Shown here one piece after another: positions 39,254 through 51,949 of a stretch of 64,000 nt of DNA. The stretch covers positions 7,378,001 to 7,442,000 of the forward strand of contig OZ024762.1 in the NCBI GenBank assembly GCA_964016885.1. The letters run 5' to 3'. Below the pieces are notes generated by a model. The model saw only the letters and a list, made by a program, of their open reading frames with translations. It had not been told where the DNA came from and searched no databases. Made by a program: the position numbers and the translations under genes. Within the stretch, counting starts at the first letter, position 1, and each line of letters opens with the position of its first letter. Origin of the DNA: Eledone cirrhosa (taxonomy: Eukaryota).

Positions 39254-39353
39254 AAGTTTAAGCAAAGAATCGCTGCTTTCACTCTTAACGGGATCTTCTG
39301 AAACTTCAGAAGATCTCGTTAAGGGTGAAAGCAGCGATTCTTTGCTTAAACTT
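39254..39353. ncRNA. Back-to-back hammerhead-like motifs with variant core CAGAAGA (family E)
   Basis: Minus: AAGUUU-CAGAAGA-ucccguuaagagu-GAAA-GCA gcgauucuu UGC-UU-AAACUU. Confidence 0.55.
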
Positions 39354-39687
39354 TAATCTGTTATTTTAATAAATATTTGCTCTACAGTTCTTATATATTT
39401 GATATATATTTATCCTTATCGAGCCCTCTTTGGATTTTAGTCTTCAAATTTATTACTATATATATATATACATATAGTAGATGTTAAGATAGTGTTTGTG
39501 TCAGTTAAATTTCTTGACTAACAAACAGACATGCAACGCAAATTGTTTATATAAAATTTCGGAATCTAAGTATTAGATATATATTAGATATATAATAAAA
39601 ACTTATAAAAGTACAATAATAAACTGTGAGAATGTTTAGGGCTGATAAAATATCTAAGAGGGAAACAAAGTTTATATGTAGATGTAT

Positions 39688-39734
<47 letters not shown>

Positions 39735-39940
39735 ATTGTGGATGTTCTCATATATATATATAAATCTAAATGAAAGGTATAGAAAACATTGTAGCAAAAA
39801 GCCAACAGTATTATATATATATATATATATACAATTGTGGATGTTCTCATATATATATATATATATATAGATATATATATACACATATTATATATTATAT
39901 ATATATTGATAGAGATATATATATATACAATTGTGGCTGT

Positions 39941-39984
<44 letters not shown>

Positions 39985-40235
39985 GTGGATGTTCTCATAT
40001 ATATATATAGATATATATATACACAGTTGTGGATGTTCTCATATATATATATATATAAACCCATGCATGCGTGGAAGATGGACGTTAAACAATGATGATG
40101 ATATGTAGAGGTTATATTTAATTTGTTGGGATACAACAAGCTAAAATATTTTTATAACTGATATAAAGGAAGCTCCGTTAAGATTGCATTTTTTCAGGGC
40201 ATGTCAATATTTATTTATAAAACTAATCTGTATTA

Positions 40236-40301
40236 TATTTTATCTGATGAAAGCGCACCATAATCTGCCTTGGTGGCCCTTGAAATATGTATAATAAAAT
40301 A
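40236..40301 (+). ncRNA. Type I hammerhead motif, family B
   Basis: UAUUUUAU-CUGAUGA-AAG cgc ACCA..UGGU ggcc CUU-GAAA-U augu A-UA-AUAAAAUA. Confidence 0.78.
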
Positions 40302-40417
40302 TGGTTTTATAAATATAGTTTTCATTTGTTAATATATTGTATATATATATATATACACATTATATATAGATATATTGATAGATAGATATATATATAAATA
40401 TATACAGTTGTGGCTGT

Positions 40418-40459
<42 letters not shown>

Positions 40460-40796
40460 TATATATTCATATATATATATATATATATAGTTGTGGCTGT
40501 TCTCATATATATATATATATATACATATTATATATAGATATATATATATATACACACACACATGTGTAGAGAAAGTGAAAAACAACTTGTATTTGAAATC
40601 TAGACACCACTTAGCCATCTACCAGGCCCATCCTGTCCCTTAACAATGAAAGTGTTTTGAAGTATATGAGTATATATATATATATATAGTGTATATATTA
40701 TATATATGTAATGTGTATGTATATAGTGTGTATATAGTCACATATATTGTGGAATACTGTTGGCTTCTTGCTCACAATAATTTCTATACCTTTCAT

Positions 40797-40828
<32 letters not shown>

Positions 40829-40885
40829 GCAGTGGTGTACTGTTATACGCACGTATTGTTTATATTAGAGTAGTAATATAATTAC

Positions 40886-40916
<31 letters not shown>

Positions 40917-41952
40917 AGTTTATCCCGGGTTGAATCGGAGGTAACCACAATAAGTAAGGTACTCAATACATAGAGTATAAATATTTAATATATTAAATAA
41001 TATATAATGTATAAATATATGTTATCTGTTTGCCTTTTGCATACATAACATCTATACATATATTTATAGGAAAAAGTATGACCCCGATGGCAGAGCTCAA
41101 GCCAATTCGACGGCTATTTCTGGACTTTTTCCTATTACCCACTCTACTACCCTAAGTATTGAGTACTCTGGTGCGTTATGGTCCATCTGGTTCCTTACCA
41201 CAATTCCTTCGTTATATATATATACTCTGCTATGTATTGAGTATCTTAGTTACTGTGGTTACCCCCGATTGAACCCGGGATAAACTTATATATATAATTG
41301 TTTCTACTTTTTGGCACAAGGCCAGCAATTAATCCAGTGTATTACTGGTACTTTATTTTATCGACCCCCGTAAGGATGAAAGGTAAAGTTAGTATTAAAA
41401 TGTGTAGACATAAGAGATATTATTATAGATAAAAATATAAAATAGTTTTGGACAAAATACCATCTGTGTTCTGACAGAATTCAGAAATGTTATTTCACCC
41501 AAACACAGAAATACTTACCAAAAAATCATTTTAGAGGAACTTAAACAAACTTTTTGGTTTTTGTGAAATTTGCAAATATCTTTTTTATTTATATATATAA
41601 AAAAAAAAATTCGTTTTTTATTATTTTTTGTGTTGAGTGTTTGTTTGTATTGATGGTTTAAAATTAATTTCATTATTTCATAGTTCAGAGTTGTTTTGTT
41701 TCTGTTTTTTTTTTGGTTAGTTTAATGTGTGTTTTTTTTTAAATGTCTTCGAGAGAGAGAAAAAAAAAACAAGAAATATGAAATATATATATTATTTATA
41801 TATATATATGTATATATATATGTATATACCATGTATATATATATGTATATACCATGTATATATATATGTATATACCATGTATATATATATATATATGTAT
41901 ATATATATAAAACATCAAATATATATGTATATATATATAAAACAAACCCCCA

Positions 41953-42588
41953 TCACTCGCTTTTCGTGTCATCTTTTTGATTAGACGAGGTGTCATCGTC
42001 TTTCCCGCTGTTTTTCTCGGTGGAATCTCCACCATTTGGACTCGATTCCTCTTCCGAATCTGTATATTCCGTCGGTTGTTCGCCTTCTTTTAACAATCGG
42101 CCCACGATTTCATATTTTTCCGTAAATTGCATTTCCCATTCTTGCATACGACTCATTTCAGCTGATGTCAAGTCAGTGAGGTCGTCGTATTCATCTTTTA
42201 GCGCCGATTCCTTCACAGTAAACAAAGCAAGTGCTCGCGAAGCATCGCGTCCAGCGAAGATCGCATAAGGCCCTCCTGGGCCGTAGAACTGTTTGCCTCG
42301 GGTAACATCAAATATTTTACCGTTTACAGCTATACAAACCCGACCATGTCCATCATATTTCCTTAGTTCTTTAATTGTCATGTCTTTCTTTTTCAGACGA
42401 GGTATTTCCTTTTCAGCAACATGTTGCGGGCGGGGAGTTTGTCTACTGGTCATTATTTTGTAGAACAAGAAACTGCTAATGGCGAGAAGGATAACATTTA
42501 AAGGATTGGAAAATATTTCGTCGAATATATTCCAGAACATATCCGTGTAGGTATCTCCTCCGCTCTGAACATCTTTGTTACTCGCCAT
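41953..42588 (-). CDS. PGRMC1: Membrane-associated progesterone receptor component (MAPR, cytochrome b5-like heme/steroid-binding), 211 aa, single exon
   Basis: N-terminal TM segment (PLNVILLAISSFLFYKI); LRKYDG..IAVNGKIFDVTRGKQFYGPGGPYAIFAGRDASRALA..YDDLTDL..EWEMQFTEKYEIVGRLLKEGEQPTEYTD. Start taken at ATG 42588. PGRMC1 vs PGRMC2 cannot be resolved (co-ortholog). Confidence 0.93.
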   Translation of the reverse strand: MASNKDVQSGGDTYTDMFWNIFDEIFSNPLNVILLAISSFLFYKIMTSRQTPRPQHVAEKEIPRLKKKDMTIKELRKYDGHGRVCIAVNGKIFDVTRGKQFYGPGGPYAIFAGRDASRALALFTVKESALKDEYDDLTDLTSAEMSRMQEWEMQFTEKYEIVGRLLKEGEQPTEYTDSEEESSPNGGDSTEKNSGKDDDTSSNQKDDTKSE

Positions 42589-43556
42589 TACGACAGATGT
42601 TTTTACGTGTATGTATGTATATGTGTGTGTGCGTGTTAAATCTTTTTTACGTATGATAAAGAGAATTCTTCTGACAACAGGATGAAAGAGCAATGTTCGT
42701 TTCTTTTTCCAGTCGGCGACGACACTTTAGTTTGCCGACTTGTTGTGTGTATGATGTCTATATTATGAGTATGTGTCCGTATCCGTGTGTTCATGCGTGA
42801 CGACCATGTAGAAATAAGTCAACTGGTTATACATGAAGGAGGATCCGTCGGCGAGTGTTGTTGTGTAAAGGTTTGCTTCTTTTAAGAGGGGACTGATTAT
42901 TTCGCACCGTTCCTTCACCGCTGATCGACTGTTCATGTGTGTATGTGTGTGTATGTACATATATGTGTGTGTATGTATCTATGTATGTATATATACATGC
43001 GTGTATCATATATATATATATGTGTATAGATGTATATGTGTGTGTATATATATATATGTATATGTATGTGTGTATATATGTATATGTATGTGTATATATA
43101 TGTGTGTGTGTATATATATATATATATGTGTATGTGTATATCTATATATGTGTATATATATTTATATATGTGTATATATATACACATACACACCCACTCT
43201 TTCGTTGGTTTGTTTTTCTGTGGCGATCGTTCCAAAACAGAAGCCAAGTTGGTTTCTTCTAACACAAGCCTTCAGACACACTAACTATATTTAAAATGAT
43301 CGAGCTTATATTTATAGCTTACCCACTTTATTTCTAGACCAGCGAGCAAGCAAGCCTCTTACGTGGTCGCTTGCTTCATTCCGTTATAAACACCAGTCAA
43401 AATTTCAGTCGTTTGGCACCATTTATATTCCTGTAGAAGCATCAACAGGAATATAATTGCCTTGCCCATCCTTTTCATCCCCCACCCCCGGGGATAAGGC
43501 ATATTTTGGTACGGAGTGTGGGCGGGTGGGTGGAAGAGAAAATCGGAGAACGCAGT

Positions 43557-43605
<49 letters not shown>

Positions 43606-43789
43606 GAAAATATAGAAATTATTGTGAGCAAGAAGCCAACAGTATTTCATAATATATAAGTGACTATAACGTCAAAATGGAAAATAATTAACGTAAGATA
43701 TGGGAAAATAATTCAAACTCAATATATATATATATATATATTTATTAAAATAACAGATTAAAGTTTAAGCAAAGAATCGCTATATATAT

Positions 43790-43983
43790 AACGAAGGAAA
43801 TGTGGTAAGGAACCAGATGGACCATAACGCACCAAAGTACTCAATACTTTGTAGGGTAGTAGAGTGGGTAATAGGAACGAGTAGGACCCCGACGGCTGAG
43901 CTCAAGCCGTTTCGACGGATAATTCTGGACTCAGAATTAGCCGTCGAAATGGCTTCAGCTCAGCCGTCGGGGTCCTACTCGTT

Positions 43984-43990
<7 letters not shown>
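43790..43990. mobile_element. Family D (TA)n-embedded element carrying the 3' half of a hammerhead (~13 copies, e.g. 26030, 29035, 29700, 37805, 39058, 41065, 44860, 46790, 48520, 50055, 57880, 58110)
   Basis: Shared aacgaaggaa..gtaaggaaccag.tggaccataacgcacca.agtac..gagtgggtaatagg and ggaccccgacggctgagctc.ggccgtttcgacagcta. Confidence 0.8.
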
Positions 43991-44040
<50 letters not shown>

Positions 44041-44193
44041 TGGAGAAAGAGAGATTAGGTGATGATTTAAGTCTGATGGGGCTGGAGTCGGTTCTATTAA
44101 ACAAATATGGACCCAGAGTCACGCATCTGTGAAACGTACGTAACTGATGTTAATCAATAAAAATTTCAATGTGAAACCTTGTTTCGTTGTTCT

Positions 44194-44259
<66 letters not shown>

Positions 44260-44826
44260 AAAGTAGACACCAACAACAAGGAGTTCAGTTACAAAAGGTG
44301 TTTTGAGAGTATATATAATTGTTTCTACTTTTTGCACAAGGCCTGCAATTATTCCAGTGTATTACTGGTACTTTATTTTATCGACCATGTAAGGATGAAA
44401 GGCAAAGTTAACCTCGGCGGGATTTGAACTCAGACTATAAAGGGCCGTATATATAATAAAATGAAATTACAGGAGGCCAAAAATATAGGATTTCTTTAAT
44501 TATTTATTTCAGCAAACACTATGCACATTTCAGTGACCAGGTTGCGTAAGAACCCGGTGACATTTTCAGGTGTAGATTGCGTAATAGATGAATACCAACG
44601 GAATGATGATAAACTTTAAGGAAACAAGCAAAGAAAAAACAGGGAAGAAAAAAGTGGCCTCTTGTAATTTCACTTTATAATATATTTACACCGTTCCCGC
44701 ACCACCAACATGATTCAGCATCAAAGATGGGTGAGTTGCATAACGTCGAGTGCTTTTTTCATATTACGTCATGATTAAAATTGCAGAATGACCAATTCTA
44801 CCCAGTGGTAAACCACCAAATTTAAA

Positions 44827-44861
<35 letters not shown>

Positions 44862-45027
44862 CGAAGGAAGTGCGGTAAGGAACCAGGTGGACCATAACGC
44901 ACCAGAGTACTCGATACTATGGGTAGTAGAGTGGGTAATAGGAAAAGAGTCCGGACCCCGACGGCTGAGATCCGGCCGTTTCAACAGCTATTTCAGAAAT
45001 AGCTGTCGAAACTTCCGGACTCTTTTC

Positions 45028-45111
<84 letters not shown>

Positions 45112-45423
45112 TTATTGCTTCAACTGTCTACTGGGTTTTGGCTGCACACAGTTCTTCATTTTTTTCGTCTTTTTTCGTTGATAGCTTTTTCTAACAAACG
45201 TGACGGCTGGCAAACCCTTCATCGAACTCATATGTATGCTGGGCGCACAGGCATTACGATGTGTGTTTTCCTGCCAGCGACATATCAAATATATCGATTT
45301 TCATCTGAGGAAACCGTTCTCATAATCAACAGCAAATGCATGGAGGACATCTCGATTGCATGGAGAACCGTGGAAATGGTTATTATGATTAAACGATATA
45401 TGTAACCTCAGCATCTTATTTTG

Positions 45424-45464
<41 letters not shown>

Positions 45465-45533
45465 TATGTGAGTGCGTGGGTGTGTAACCCATGCCAACGT
45501 AGGAAAATGGACGTTAAACGGTGAGGATAGGTG

Positions 45534-45566
<33 letters not shown>

Positions 45567-46968
45567 TATACATACTTAAATACAACTTCACTATTACAGA
45601 ACAGGATGGGAGGGTTGGTTAAGTGTTATCTAGACTTAAATAATATATAAGTTGCTTTTGAATTAGATTGGTGTTAAACAGCAACCAATGAAAAAGAAAA
45701 ATCGAGACTTAAGTTGGTCTAAATAATATATGTTGTTGTTGTTAAGTCATTTTAGCCACAGCTGTACATGTCTGGCAGGTGACTTGATCTGACACTGTGT
45801 TGAAACTAAAACAATTACATCATGGAAGAGTGATTTTAACCACAGTTGTACATGTCTGGTAAGTGACTTGATCTGTGACTATGGTGTATTGAAACTATAG
45901 AAATTACATCTTGGAAGAATCGTTTTAGCCACAGCCGTACATGTCTGACAAGTGACTTGATCTGAGACTGTGTTGAAACTAAAACAATTACACCGTGGAA
46001 GAGTCATTTTAACCATTTAAAAACACACAAAAACTATTATTGTGCTCAAAATATGTCATATATAGTTCTAGATGTTGACCCCTGAACTTGATATTAAACT
46101 GATTTTTATGTTATCAAGCTAGCAAAGATAATGATAGGTAAGTAACTTTGGTGATAGTCAAATATAAACTGCTTATATCAACATGATTAAGCAACTTTAA
46201 GTTGTTTCATTAAGATCATGTAACATTTCTCATCTGTATTTTCTAGAGCGGTATTTAATCAGACAAAACTTGTTCTCGCTTGAACATTTCTTGGTTCTAA
46301 TCTAGCACTAACTCTTTCCATACCAAATTACCCATGGTTCTACAATACAAAACTGTTTTCACATTTTTGATACGCAACTGCCAGATTGTTTCCTTGGTTG
46401 ATCGAAAACTCCTTGTCAATACCAAACGAGGTCCATCCAACACGCATAATAAATAAATATAAAGCATGCCCCCCCCCCCCCCCCCCCCCTCGCACACACA
46501 CTCTACTTTATCTCTCTGCCCTCGCCTCTCAAACACTAGTCTCCTCCAACTCCTCTGTGTTTTATTGTCATCGTGTCTCACTAGAACAGATAAGAATTTG
46601 ATAAACGAGGTTATTTCCCCCTTTCGTTAATTGTGACGTTGGAATACATGCGGTGACAACTTGGATGATAATACCTTAGAATGGAATATAATGAGCACAT
46701 GATTGAAAAGTGTATCAAAGTCTGTTGTGCGTGTGTATACACACGCATACGCCCCTCCCCCAACAAACACATACACTATATATATATATAGGAAAAGAGT
46801 CAGGACCCCGACGGATGAACTCTGGCCGTTTCGACAGCTCGATCCGAACTAACCCAGCATATATATATATATATATATATATGGAAAGTTATATTTAAAT
46901 TGTTGGGTTACAACTAGTAAATATTTATAACTGATATAAAAGCACTCAACAAGTATTTGGAGTATATT

Positions 46969-47321
46969 TACGATATTAAATAAATGGAAACTATATTTAT
47001 AAAACCATATTTATTTCATTATATATATTTCAGGGATATCATATTAACAATATGTTATGCCTTCTTCAGACAAAATACAATATAGACAGTTTTATAGATA
47101 AATAGATTTGACATACCGTTCAACATCGACTTGTATTTGAAAAATCAACTTTTCAAATACAAGTCGATGTTGAACGGTATGTCAAATCTATTTATCTATA
47201 AAACTGTCTATATTGTATTTTGTCTGAAGAAGGCATAACATATTGTTAATATGATATCCCTGAAATATATATAATGAAATAAATATGGTTTTATAAATAT
47301 AGTTTCCATTTATTTAATATC

Positions 47322-47324
<3 letters not shown>
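46969..47324. repeat. Perfect 356-bp palindrome (175-bp arms, 6-bp spacer) with a hammerhead motif in each arm
   Basis: 46969-47143 is the reverse complement of 47150-47324; plus-strand HHR at 47216-47281. Confidence 0.93.
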
Positions 47325-47366
<42 letters not shown>

Positions 47367-47690
47367 GGAGGTGAGTTTTATTGTAGTACAATAAAGCAAT
47401 GCAGATATCGGATAACGGTTTTTTAACCTCTCTCTGTGAAACAATATATTTTTCTCAGTTATAAAGGATATCTCTCTCTTTCTATTACCCATCTCTCCTC
47501 CTATCTCATCCTTCCTTCTTATACTGCTCCCCCCATCATTCTTTACTCTCATCTCCTCCTCTTTTTCATCTTTTCCAACCCCCACCTAATTTTTTTCCCC
47601 AATATCACACATCAATCTTAAATTACTTTTCATATGTTGATTTAAAACTGCACTACTCACAAGTGTTTTTTAACCTTCATATCATATCTC

Positions 47691-47755
47691 TATTTTATCT
47701 GACGAAAGTGTCATCTCATGATGATATTTGTTTTTGAAATGCGCATAATAAAATA
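47691..47755 (+). ncRNA. Type I hammerhead motif, family B
   Basis: UAUUUUAU-CUGACGA-aagugucau..augauauuuguuuuu-GAAA-U gcgc A-UA-AUAAAAUA (stem II partly deleted). Confidence 0.68.
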
Positions 47756-48128
47756 CATGGAACTCTTTTAACCATCTTTTGATCTTATATTATATATATA
47801 TATATATTTTGAAAAGATAACAAGGACGATTGATTACTCCTTCATTGCATTTATTGATAGGTGACGCGCGTTTCGCCACTGATCAGCTCAAGTTTCGATC
47901 TGTATCGATCCTACCCGACTCAATAATCGGCGGCTCGACGGACCCTTTTAAAATGCTATAAGAAAATGAAATACATGTATATATTTAAAAGTTAAACAAG
48001 GTTCAATGCATACATCAAAGAATGAGTTTTACAATAGATTGGAAGCACTCAACGATAAAAAAGGTTTTCCAGTTTACCATGACTAAATCTTAACCATCTA
48101 ATATGTCAGGGTATGTCATGTATCATTT

Positions 48129-48195
48129 TATTTTATCTGATGAAGACGTACTGTTGATCTTAACTCAGTACCTCTGAAATATGTATAATAAAATA
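48129..48195 (+). ncRNA. Type I hammerhead motif, family B
   Basis: UAUUUUAU-CUGAUGA-AGA c GUACUG..CAGUAC c UCU-GAAA-U augu A-UA-AUAAAAUA. Confidence 0.8.
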
Positions 48196-48802
48196 TAATT
48201 GATCACAAGAATATCTATTTTGTTAATATTTTGAATTAATATATATATATATATATATAGTTTTAATTTAGATGAGATTCTACAGGACTAGAACTGTTTC
48301 ATTCTGTAGATGTTTCATTCTTTGATGATTTCTAAAGAATGAAACCGTTCTAGTCCTGTAGAATCTCATCTAGATTAAAACTTTTATACTCTGCTATGTA
48401 TTGAGTACCTTACTTACTGTGGTTACCTCCGATTCAACCCGGAATAACTTACCTAAATATATATATGTATATATATATATATATATATATGTATATAGTG
48501 TGTGTGTGTGTGTGTGTGGATCTAGCTGCCGAAACGGCCGGAGCTCAGCCGTCGGGATCCTGACTCTTTTCCTACTCCTATATCGACATTCGTCAAATCG
48601 AACCGAGGAAACAGTGTTTCCATTAGTCTTTCCAATTACTATTACTATCTATCGGTCGCAACTCCAGGTGGGAGCAATGTGAAATAAAGTGTCTTGCTCA
48701 AGGACATAACGCATCGCCCGGTCCGGGAATCGAACTCACAATCTCACGATTGCGAATCCAATTCTCTAACCACTCATTCTCTCTATATATAATATAGAAA
48801 TG

Positions 48803-48851
48803 GCTTCTACAGGACTAGAACTGTTTCATTCGAAGAAAATCATCAGAAAGC
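48803..48851 (-). ncRNA. Type I hammerhead motif, family A
   Basis: Minus: GCUUU-CUGAUGA-uuuucuucgaau-GAAA-CAG uucuaguc CUG-UA-GAAGC; a second copy lies on plus at ~48852-48900. Confidence 0.7.
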
Positions 48852-49472
48852 TCTCCTGACGATTTCCTTCGAATGAAACAGTTCTAGTCCTGTAGAAGCC
48901 ATTTCTATATTAAATATTTATACTCTGCTATGTATTGAGTACCTTCCTTACTGTGGCCAACACCGATTGAACCCGAGATACAGAGAGGGGTTGGCTTCTA
49001 CAAGTCTAGAATTGTTTCATTCGAATGAAATAATTCTAGTTCTGTAGAAGCCATTTCTATATTAAATGTGTTGTTAACATTCTACTAATATATTGAGTCA
49101 CTGTGGTTTCGCCCGATTGAACCCGTGGCTCACACATATTTATATATCTATCTATAAATATATTATTGGTTTCTAATTTTAGATACAAGGACATCAGATT
49201 TATAGAGGTGGAAAGGAAAATCGATTAAAAATCAACCTTAGTTCTTGATTGATATTTTATTAAATTGCGGTCGGAAAAATAAAAAAGGTCAAGAGCCGAA
49301 AGAGAAGTGTTTCACCTGTATATTTACTGGCTGATCAAATATGACAGTCCAGTAAATATAGCCAGGTGAAACACCTGAATAACAATCAGAATGATTAAGT
49401 TGACGATATCAAAAATTATCTACTATGGTATCAAGTACTTGTTTTCGTGACCGTGAATATGAAGAGAGAGAG

Positions 49473-49511
<39 letters not shown>

Positions 49512-49785
49512 GTGTGCGGTGTGGTGTGCGTGTCTGTCTTACGGCAAATATTGATGCAATTCAAATCAAGCACTCGACGCATTTTTTCCACATAGGAAAA
49601 ACGGAGTATATTTAGAATGAGAAAATGCAAAGTAGTTCCAGATATTAAAGTTCTTTATAGGTAATGCTGTGATACATATTTCAATGACGACAGGGGAACG
49701 GGCAGGCGATTCAAGAACACACGCCTTGCTCGTTCCCCTGTCGTCTCTGTTTGGATTACCTCGGGAACGTAACATTATATAAGAA

Positions 49786-49860
49786 GCTGTCTGATGAGAT
49801 CACGGCACTGGGTACACGGGATCGTGTGGCCACTGTCGTCATTGAAATATGTATCACAGC
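49786..49860 (+). ncRNA. Type I hammerhead ribozyme motif with long stem II
   Basis: GCUGU-CUGAUGA-GAUcACGGCAcUGGguACACG ggau CGUGUggCCAcUGUCGUcAUU-GAAA-U augu A-UC-ACAGC, then AAUAAA; partial inverted copy 49617-49692. Confidence 0.85.
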
Positions 49861-50547
49861 ATTACCAATAAAGGATTTTAACAACTGAAACTACTTCGCA
49901 TTTTCTCATATATATATATATATATATACACATACGGGGTTCCTAAAAAATGTATACACATTTTCATTACCTGTACAGGCAATATTTATTAGAATGTTGT
50001 TGAAGTGTGTATACATTTTCTGGGACACCCTGTAGAGCGAGAGAGAGAGAGATCCGGGGCGCGACGGCTGAGCTCTTCTGGAATTTGGTGTCGAAACGGC
50101 AAGAGCTCAGCTGTCGGGCACTGATTTTCTACTATAGGTTATATATATATATAACCTATAGCAATGTAGTTATAGCATGGATACTGGGTTGTATGAATGT
50201 AACAAAGAGACATGGTTTGTGTGTATAATATTTAATCAACAATTTAACAGTATAGTTTAAAAAACTAGAGTTGAAATTGATGCTGGCAAGATTTCACTCT
50301 CTAGCATTACTCCTTTATAGTCAGCGTATGAACTTTTCAGTCGACTCACCTATATATATATATATATATATCCAAAATTAAATTAAGGGTGTCATGTCCG
50401 AGAGACATGAGCCATATCCACTACTCAAAGATTCCAATGAATAGATCCGAGAATTTTATATCAACTAGACAAATTATCCCCCGTGATTGTTTCATGTTTA
50501 TTTTAGAGAGATATATATATATATATATATGCCAATCAATTTCTAGT

Positions 50548-50585
<38 letters not shown>

Positions 50586-51521
50586 TGGCGAGGTTTTTGA
50601 TATGAAATCGTGTGTCGAAACAATGTTGTTATACTTTGGGAGGGTCATATTTGTGTAATAATATTGCCAGAATTAATAACAGAACACACTCACTGTTTGG
50701 TTGGTTTTCGCTTCCGTGTCTTTTATATCGGTTAATTTAATTTATTCGGGCCTCAATGTTACCATTGACTGACAAACGGTCAAACATACAGATATAATTT
50801 AGACACAAACACATATATATAGTCTAACAAAGTTCTTTCGTTGCACATCTGCATGTTGTCTATGTTACCGTCGTGTTGTTGTCAGACAACACGACCGTAA
50901 CATAGACAATATAGAAATTAGAATAATATCTAAACATAGAAATGACCTAGCAGATAGGCAAACGAGAGAGGGCAGCGAAATAGAACTTAGAAGGCAAAAT
51001 CTAAACAGAAAAAAATGAATGGAATAACAACAACACTCAAACAAACAATACTGACCCAAGAGAAGTATAAATAAATAAATACATACACAAGCACAACAAC
51101 AACAAACACATATAAACACACACTAGTAAACTAAGATAGAATACAATAACCAATACAAAGTCACCCAAACACACATCAAACACTATACACACACGCAAAC
51201 GCATGTGCAGAGAAGACAAATAAATAAATAAATAAATAAATAAATAAACAGACTAAATAAAGATGGTGTAGGCATACAATACAACAGGAGGAAACAGCAT
51301 CACTGACGATGTTGCAGATGTGCAACGAAAGAACTTTGTTAGACTATATATATGTTTATATCTGTATTTTTGACCGTTGGTCAGTCAATGGTAACACTGA
51401 GGCCCGAATAAATTAAATTAACCGATATAAAAGACTAGCGAAAAACAACCAAACATTGAGTGTGTTCTGTTATTAATTCTGGCAATATTATTACACAAAT
51501 ATGACCCTCCCCAAGTATAAC

Positions 51522-51556
<35 letters not shown>

Positions 51557-51949
51557 TAGTTAGAGAAGCAAAAAATTGCTTATTGTGATCCAGTTCTTGG
51601 TTAAGAAAGCCAGTTTCATGGATGGTTTCAACGTACGGTTAGAATTCTCTTAATGCGTACCTGTGTTTTCTCTTTTATACTATATATATATAGTTTAATA
51701 AATAAACAGAGAACAAAAAAACAGAAAAACGAAGGGGCAGTACAAATGATATTGGTATTAGTTTCACGCTTGAGAGTGGGAGAGGGACGTTTCGGGCATA
51801 AGCCCTTCATATCATGACTCATACACTGTTTGTTTTCCTGACATTTGTACATTATTCTATGTACTATACATGCACCTTTGATGAGTTGTAGTGCACCTGA
51901 GCACTGTAAACAATAATTTCATTATTATTATTATATATATATTTGTATG

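Noticed and set aside
42589-42693. 35-aa N-terminal extension of PGRMC in the ORF track
   Set aside because: Begins at a non-ATG codon and crosses a CA/TA repeat; the first ATG in good context is 42588.
51885-51930. TGATGA-containing repeat (also 22113, 63618) as snoRNA or hammerhead
   Set aside because: No GAAA core or terminal stem; followed by an (ATT)n tail, so more likely a LINE/SINE 3' end.
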